A stretch of 64,000 bases of DNA from the sequence record ON287375.1; one strand, given 5' to 3'. The position numbers were made by a program, and so were the translations under genes. Below the pieces are notes generated by a model. It saw only the letters and a program-made list of their open reading frames with translations. It ran no database searches and was not told the origin of the DNA. Shown in pieces: positions 59,311-64,000 of the stretch (position 1 is its first letter; each line of letters begins with the position of its first letter).

Positions 59311-61182
59311 ATGCAATTAGTTTTCTCTGTGTTTCCAGGTGGTGGTAAATCTACCATTTGTAATCGTGCCGAACAGTATGGGTTGAAACACGTTGGCGTT
59401 TCTGCTGATGGTGTTATAGATGTTCCTGCCCCTGCTGGAACTGTTCCGGTATTCGATTCTGATAGTTCCTTATTTGATAAGGAATATTTCCCAGGCAATT
59501 ATATCGAACACATTAAGGAAGTTCTCAGTAACTATCCTAATGTTGTAATCATGGTATCTAGCCATGACAACGTCCGTAAGGCAATGGCCGAAGCGGGTAT
59601 CCCGTACACTCTTGTTTATCCAGAACGTGAACTCAAGGGTGATTACCTAGAACGTTATGAGGGCCGAGGTTCTCCAGAAGCGTTTGTTAACATGATGGAC
59701 AATAAGTGGAATGATTTTATCGACTCCACTGAGTCAGATCCTTCTCAGGATCACATCGTTTTATCCGAGGGGGAATATCTCGTGGATAGAATTTCTGATC
59801 GTATTAAACAAGCTGTTGAAGCAGCAGAAGCTACCCCTGTAGCTGGTTTTGAATCTCTGACTGATCATAAGGTCAATGTTGATCCTGAAAAGAATGGGGA
59901 TGATATCAAACCTGCAGGTGGTCCTGAAGTAACTGCTGCCATCATCGAAGTTAATGCTGATGCAGACAACCCAGTGCACATCCAACCTACTCCAACTGGT
60001 GATGTGGTACTTCCTGTTATCGACATCCCAGAAGACCGTGATGATTCAATTGAAGAAACCGCAGCTTTGGAATTGGCTGAACCTGCTATTGTCGCTTCTA
60101 CTGTTGAAGACTCTGCTTTAGGTCCCCAGGATCCAGATGTAGCCGGTAATGAAGATCACATCGGTACCACTGGTCCGGTCGATGGTGGTGAACATCACCA
60201 TGATGAAGATCGTTATGATTTGATTGAAGCTAAGTTCGACATGGAAAATGATATTGACATGTTGGACAAGGTCATCATTGTTGCCAAAGATCCAGAACAA
60301 GCTGGTTTCGAAAACCTGGCTGATAATGGTGAGATGATGGTTTCTATCTCTACCGATATCAAAGATCGCTACGACATCGAAGTAGAACCTACCGTAGAAG
60401 GTATGGAAGGATTTGTCGAGACACTCAAAGATGCTTACAATAAGCTCAAAGAGAAAGTCAAAGGCATCCCATCCAAGAAGGTCAACGCTCAGATCATCAA
60501 GCATCTGGATGCTGCTGAGAAAACTTTCGATGAATATAACACCGAGAAGTGGCAGTCGGAACAGTCCTTCAAAAATGTAGGCAAGACTAAACTTCAGGCA
60601 CCTAAGGCATTCAAAGAGGTTAATAGTATTTCTGATGTAGATACTATTATCAAGATGATTACCAAACGTGCGGTGGATATCTACGATCGTCATCACAGCA
60701 ATGGCAAGTCTCGACTAACGGCTGGTCTAAAGGTCTTTAACGCATTCAAAGGGAAGCCCGCTGATACTCCTATCAGCGAAGTGGATGCGATGTTACCGAT
60801 CAAACCAGAGCTATTAACTGGTGGCTTGGTTGATTCCGGCCTTAAAGACTTCGACACCAAACTGACGCCTGTGGAACTTCCAGTTCTGACGAAAGCCAAT
60901 ATCAAAGAAGTGACTGATGTTGTCAGTTTCATTCTCAAAACCCAGACTGGTTTCATCGATAGTGAAGAATTGTATTATGATAATGCCCTGGATGATTCCT
61001 CGTTCTATGATAGCGAGTTCTGGGATAAACATTTCTTTACCAAACAAGCTAAAGAAGTTTGGAAAGCAACCGAGTATCATTCATTGATTGATCAGATGGA
61101 TCAGATTGAAGATACTTATCGTAACAAAGTTCTCAATGTTCTTCAGTTCTTGCAGCGTTGGATCCTGAGTTCGATCAAGTAA
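59311..61182 (+). CDS. fusion: N-terminal P-loop/kinase-like domain + acidic linker + inner-head paralog domain
   Basis: VFPGGGKST...FDSDSS...VSSH...RGS in the first ~155 aa; AGFES/AGNED/AGFEN/EGMEG sites; C-terminal helical head-type domain. Confidence 0.6.
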   Translation: MQLVFSVFPGGGKSTICNRAEQYGLKHVGVSADGVIDVPAPAGTVPVFDSDSSLFDKEYFPGNYIEHIKEVLSNYPNVVIMVSSHDNVRKAMAEAGIPYTLVYPERELKGDYLERYEGRGSPEAFVNMMDNKWNDFIDSTESDPSQDHIVLSEGEYLVDRISDRIKQAVEAAEATPVAGFESLTDHKVNVDPEKNGDDIKPAGGPEVTAAIIEVNADADNPVHIQPTPTGDVVLPVIDIPEDRDDSIEETAALELAEPAIVASTVEDSALGPQDPDVAGNEDHIGTTGPVDGGEHHHDEDRYDLIEAKFDMENDIDMLDKVIIVAKDPEQAGFENLADNGEMMVSISTDIKDRYDIEVEPTVEGMEGFVETLKDAYNKLKEKVKGIPSKKVNAQIIKHLDAAEKTFDEYNTEKWQSEQSFKNVGKTKLQAPKAFKEVNSISDVDTIIKMITKRAVDIYDRHHSNGKSRLTAGLKVFNAFKGKPADTPISEVDAMLPIKPELLTGGLVDSGLKDFDTKLTPVELPVLTKANIKEVTDVVSFILKTQTGFIDSEELYYDNALDDSSFYDSEFWDKHFFTKQAKEVWKATEYHSLIDQMDQIEDTYRNKVLNVLQFLQRWILSSIK

Positions 61183-61200
61183 AACAAAACTAAGATAAGG

Positions 61201-61226
61201 AATAGATGGGGGAAACCCTGTCTATT
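61201..61226 (+). terminator. GAAA-loop hairpin
   Basis: AATAGATGGGG-GAAA-CCCTGTCTATT with a T-rich tail. Confidence 0.6.
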
Positions 61227-61311
61227 CCTACTTTGTCGTTTATTTGCAAAGTCTGAAAATACCGAGCCTTATCGCTCCGTTAAAATCACGCTTATTAAGG
61301 AAATAATTTAA

Positions 61312-62613
61312 ATGTCCCGCACTTCTGATATTCGTCAATACATGATTGCACAGTACCCGTACATGTCTTACAGCCAGATGCTTAAACAGGTCAAGTGCAT
61401 TCAAGACGAATTCATTACAGAAACTAACAAACTCACTAAAGGTGGGGATAGCCATCAGCTTGGGGTCATTAGTGATGCTTACGCTCAAGCCTCGTTTAAG
61501 ATCAAATCCAATATTGAATTCAGTGCTTTAGATTCGGACGCTACATTCACAGCCTCCAATCTTAATGCCTTTGTTCAGGAATTGGAAGCACTGACTAAGA
61601 TTAATAAAGAAGGTCAGTTCTATGACATGATCATTCCTCGTACTGGGGATATCATGTATGCATTTGGTAATAACTTGGAAGATATCGCTAACCTAAATGG
61701 TGCCGTATATTCTTATCTGACTCGCCGTTATAATAACCGTGGACGTAAGGGATCTACTAACGATATTAAATTCAGACTGAAGTTTACCGAAGGTACGGTA
61801 GGTGAATTCTGGATTAAGAACATTGAATTCGGTAATGGTCTAGTTTCCTTTAAACTGGGCTGTGAATTCGAGATCATTCATAACTCCTTCAAGAGCATGT
61901 ATGATTTCAAGATCATCACTCCTGAATTGGGGCAAGCGGTTAAGAAAGTTAAAGAGATCTGTCCCCCAGTAAACAAGCAGGGTAATATATTCACTAAACT
62001 GCTTAATCAGGTTAATGAATCCATTTTGGATTATTCAGCCGATGGGATCCATCCAGAACTCCCTCGTACTCTGGTTATGGGGATTAGTCGTCTGTTCACT
62101 AAGGAAAGTGTAGGTGAAGTAGGAATTAAAATGGGTGTCTATGATTTCACTTTCATACGTGAGCCGGCGCCTGGTTATTGCTTCATTGAAGTTGGACTGG
62201 AAGACACTGTCGTTTATTCAACCAGACATGTTTCCATTATCGAAACCTATAAGGGTATTGCTAATCTGTCTTTACCATCTGTTTATTCTTCTCAATGGGT
62301 ACAGGACCCAATGGAATTCATTAATGAATACATTGGAGATAATTTCAAAGAAAGTGTGGTAGATGAATTGATTAAGATTCGCGATGAGAATCTTGCCAAA
62401 GTCATTTACAATAATTCAACTAAAGGGTTGACAGTACGAGCCATCGGTAAAGAAATCGAAGGTAGAGTTTACCATAAGGTTGAATTCTCCTTTGATAATC
62501 TGATCTACACTTCTTCTCGTTTGTTTGATCTTACAAACCTGAAACCAATCACTAAACCAGTTAAAGAACCAAAGGGTTTCTTAACTCGTCTGCTTTCTGC
62601 TTTCTCCTGGTAA
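61312..62613 (+). CDS. hypothetical protein
   Basis: 433 aa with an AAGGA SD. Confidence 0.6.
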   Translation: MSRTSDIRQYMIAQYPYMSYSQMLKQVKCIQDEFITETNKLTKGGDSHQLGVISDAYAQASFKIKSNIEFSALDSDATFTASNLNAFVQELEALTKINKEGQFYDMIIPRTGDIMYAFGNNLEDIANLNGAVYSYLTRRYNNRGRKGSTNDIKFRLKFTEGTVGEFWIKNIEFGNGLVSFKLGCEFEIIHNSFKSMYDFKIITPELGQAVKKVKEICPPVNKQGNIFTKLLNQVNESILDYSADGIHPELPRTLVMGISRLFTKESVGEVGIKMGVYDFTFIREPAPGYCFIEVGLEDTVVYSTRHVSIIETYKGIANLSLPSVYSSQWVQDPMEFINEYIGDNFKESVVDELIKIRDENLAKVIYNNSTKGLTVRAIGKEIEGRVYHKVEFSFDNLIYTSSRLFDLTNLKPITKPVKEPKGFLTRLLSAFSW

Positions 62614-62620
62614 TATAATT

Positions 62621-62648
62621 CCTAACACTTCCGCAAGGGAGTGTTAGG
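62621..62648 (+). terminator. GCAA-loop hairpin
   Basis: CCTAACACTTCC-GCAA-GGGAGTGTTAGG with a T-rich tail. Confidence 0.75.
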
Positions 62649-62686
62649 GTTATTATCATACTTTTATTTTTGCACTTGAATATAAG

Positions 62687-62711
62687 TTTAAGCAGATATT
62701 ATCAAAGTGTA
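62687..62711 (+). promoter_or_regulatory. putative phage early promoter
   Basis: TTTAAG-CAGATATTATC-AAAG-TGTA. Confidence 0.65.
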
Positions 62712-62755
62712 TATGAAATACAATTTTTCAATCAACTTATAGAAGGAATGAGATT

Positions 62756-63490
62756 ATGTTTAATCAAGCAACTATCGAACAACTGGGTTTCTATGTTTAC
62801 TCTCTGACTGATCCACGTACCAATAAAGTTTTCTACATTGGTAAGGGTTGTGGTCAACGTATCTTTATGCATGTTCAAGATGCACTTAAAGATTCTCGTA
62901 AATCTGACAAGCTCGATCTGATTCGTGAAATTCACGCTGCCGGCCTGGAAGTGGAACATTGTGTTATTCGTCATGGCATGTCTGAAGAATCTGCTTTTGA
63001 AGTAGAAGCGGCTATGATTGATTTCCATCCAGAACTTACCAATGCAGTAAAAGGTCATGGTGTATACCGTGGTCCTCAATCAGCTCAAGAGCTGGATATC
63101 AAATATGCCGCTGAAGAAGCAAACCTTGATGGCGTTAAGGTAATGATTATCAAGATCAATAAAAGCTTCGGTAAGCTTAGCACATGGGACGCTACGCGAT
63201 TCTCTTGGGTGGTCAACCCAACTATTGCAATGCAAGCTGATATCGTCTTAGGTGTCGCTAACGGCATTATCCGTGGTGTATATGTACCTGAGAAATGGGT
63301 CAAGTCCATTGAAGAGGAAGAACCAGAACTCTTCCGTTATCATAATGTTACTCAGAAGAATCAAGAAAACCGTAAAGTACTTGTTGGCCATGAAGCTCCA
63401 GCAGAAATGCAGGAACGTTTCCTGAACAAACAGATCCCAGCAAAATACTCTATGAAAGGTTCAATGAACTCATTCCGTTATAACTTCTAA
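62756..63490 (+). CDS. LEM-3-like GIY-YIG nuclease domain protein
   Basis: FYVYSLTDP...FYIGKG...R..H...K...IREI...E..A..VEAAMID...LTN...GH, the bacterial LEM-3-type GIY-YIG pattern. Confidence 0.8.
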   Translation: MFNQATIEQLGFYVYSLTDPRTNKVFYIGKGCGQRIFMHVQDALKDSRKSDKLDLIREIHAAGLEVEHCVIRHGMSEESAFEVEAAMIDFHPELTNAVKGHGVYRGPQSAQELDIKYAAEEANLDGVKVMIIKINKSFGKLSTWDATRFSWVVNPTIAMQADIVLGVANGIIRGVYVPEKWVKSIEEEEPELFRYHNVTQKNQENRKVLVGHEAPAEMQERFLNKQIPAKYSMKGSMNSFRYNF

Positions 63491-63504
63491 CAAAGAGCTA
63501 TCCC

Positions 63505-63783
63505 ATGTCCATGTGCTCAACACAAAACACTGACGTTATCCTAAACGCATTGTTGCCTGTTGTGATTTCCCAACTCAACAAACGACTGAAGACAATGACG
63601 TCTAAGGATTTCTGCAAACAGAATCACATTAGTCCATCAACTATTTCCCGCCTACGTAATTGTGGCGGGTTAAATATTTCACTAGATACGGTAATAGGTA
63701 TCTATCTCAAGCTTGGAGGAGAACTGGCAGTTATCGGCTCTCTAAATGGCGAAACAATTAACGCAAACTTTAGAAGGAAATAA
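63505..63783 (+). CDS. XRE-family HTH protein
   Basis: TSKDFCKQNHISPSTISRLRN...ISLDTVIGIYLKLG helix-turn-helix. Confidence 0.7.
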   Translation: MSMCSTQNTDVILNALLPVVISQLNKRLKTMTSKDFCKQNHISPSTISRLRNCGGLNISLDTVIGIYLKLGGELAVIGSLNGETINANFRRK

Positions 63784-63786
63784 ATC

Positions 63787-64000
63787 ATGAGCAAATACAA
63801 TAACGGTTCCGTATTGAAAGCTAAAAATCTGTTGGTATCTCGTTTGTCTTACATCATTCAGTGTAAACTTGAATACACTAGTCAGCGAGTACTGGCAGAT
63901 CGCATTGGAATGAGCGCTAACATCATTTCAAAGGTTAAACGTCAAATTCATAAGGGTGTTAGTTTCGATGCCCTACTGGAGCTTGCACGTCGTCTGGATG
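63787..64000 (+). CDS. XRE-family HTH protein, 3'-truncated (not in ORF track)
   Basis: Own translation: MSKYNNGSVLKAKNLLVSRLSYIIQCKLEYTSQRVLADRIGMSANIISKVKRQIHKGVSFDALLELARRLD...; AAGGA SD; open to the window end. Confidence 0.7.
   Translation, partial: MSKYNNGSVLKAKNLLVSRLSYIIQCKLEYTSQRVLADRIGMSANIISKVKRQIHKGVSFDALLELARRLD

Noticed and set aside
62660-62710. Host sigma70 promoter (TTGAAT...)
   Set aside because: The -10 match is poor; the four-copy phage motif explains the site better.
62756-63490. GIY-YIG homing endonuclease as a mobile element
   Set aside because: The sequence fits the LEM-3-like class, lacks NUMOD/intron context and interrupts no gene.

Overview
The window is a 64 kb segment of a phiKZ-like (Chimalliviridae-type, nucleus-forming) jumbo myophage genome, roughly 40% GC by eye. 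Highly expressed genes use enterobacterial-style codons and SD sites. Gene order follows phiKZ/SPN3US synteny: inner-head protein paralogs with G-x-E maturation sites, baseplate/virion genes, DnaB-like helicase, major capsid protein, non-virion RNAP beta-N subunit, a small accessory island, portal, RuvC, a 4-TM protein converging on an overlapped i-/o-spanin pair, three giant fibre-like paralogs (the last ends in about 28 DUF285/BspA repeats), central spike, SbcC, a signal-peptide lytic transglycosylase, NAD-dependent ligase, RNase H, a P-loop/head-protein fusion, and a LEM-3-like GIY-YIG nuclease followed by two XRE HTH genes. Non-coding signals are four copies of a phage early-promoter motif (CAGATATTATC-N4-TGTA) and about 17 terminator-like hairpins, several followed by a TATG(Y)TTGTTT tail. 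I found no CRISPR array, tRNA, intein, reverse transcriptase or IS element. All product calls come from motif recognition and synteny; no database search was run.
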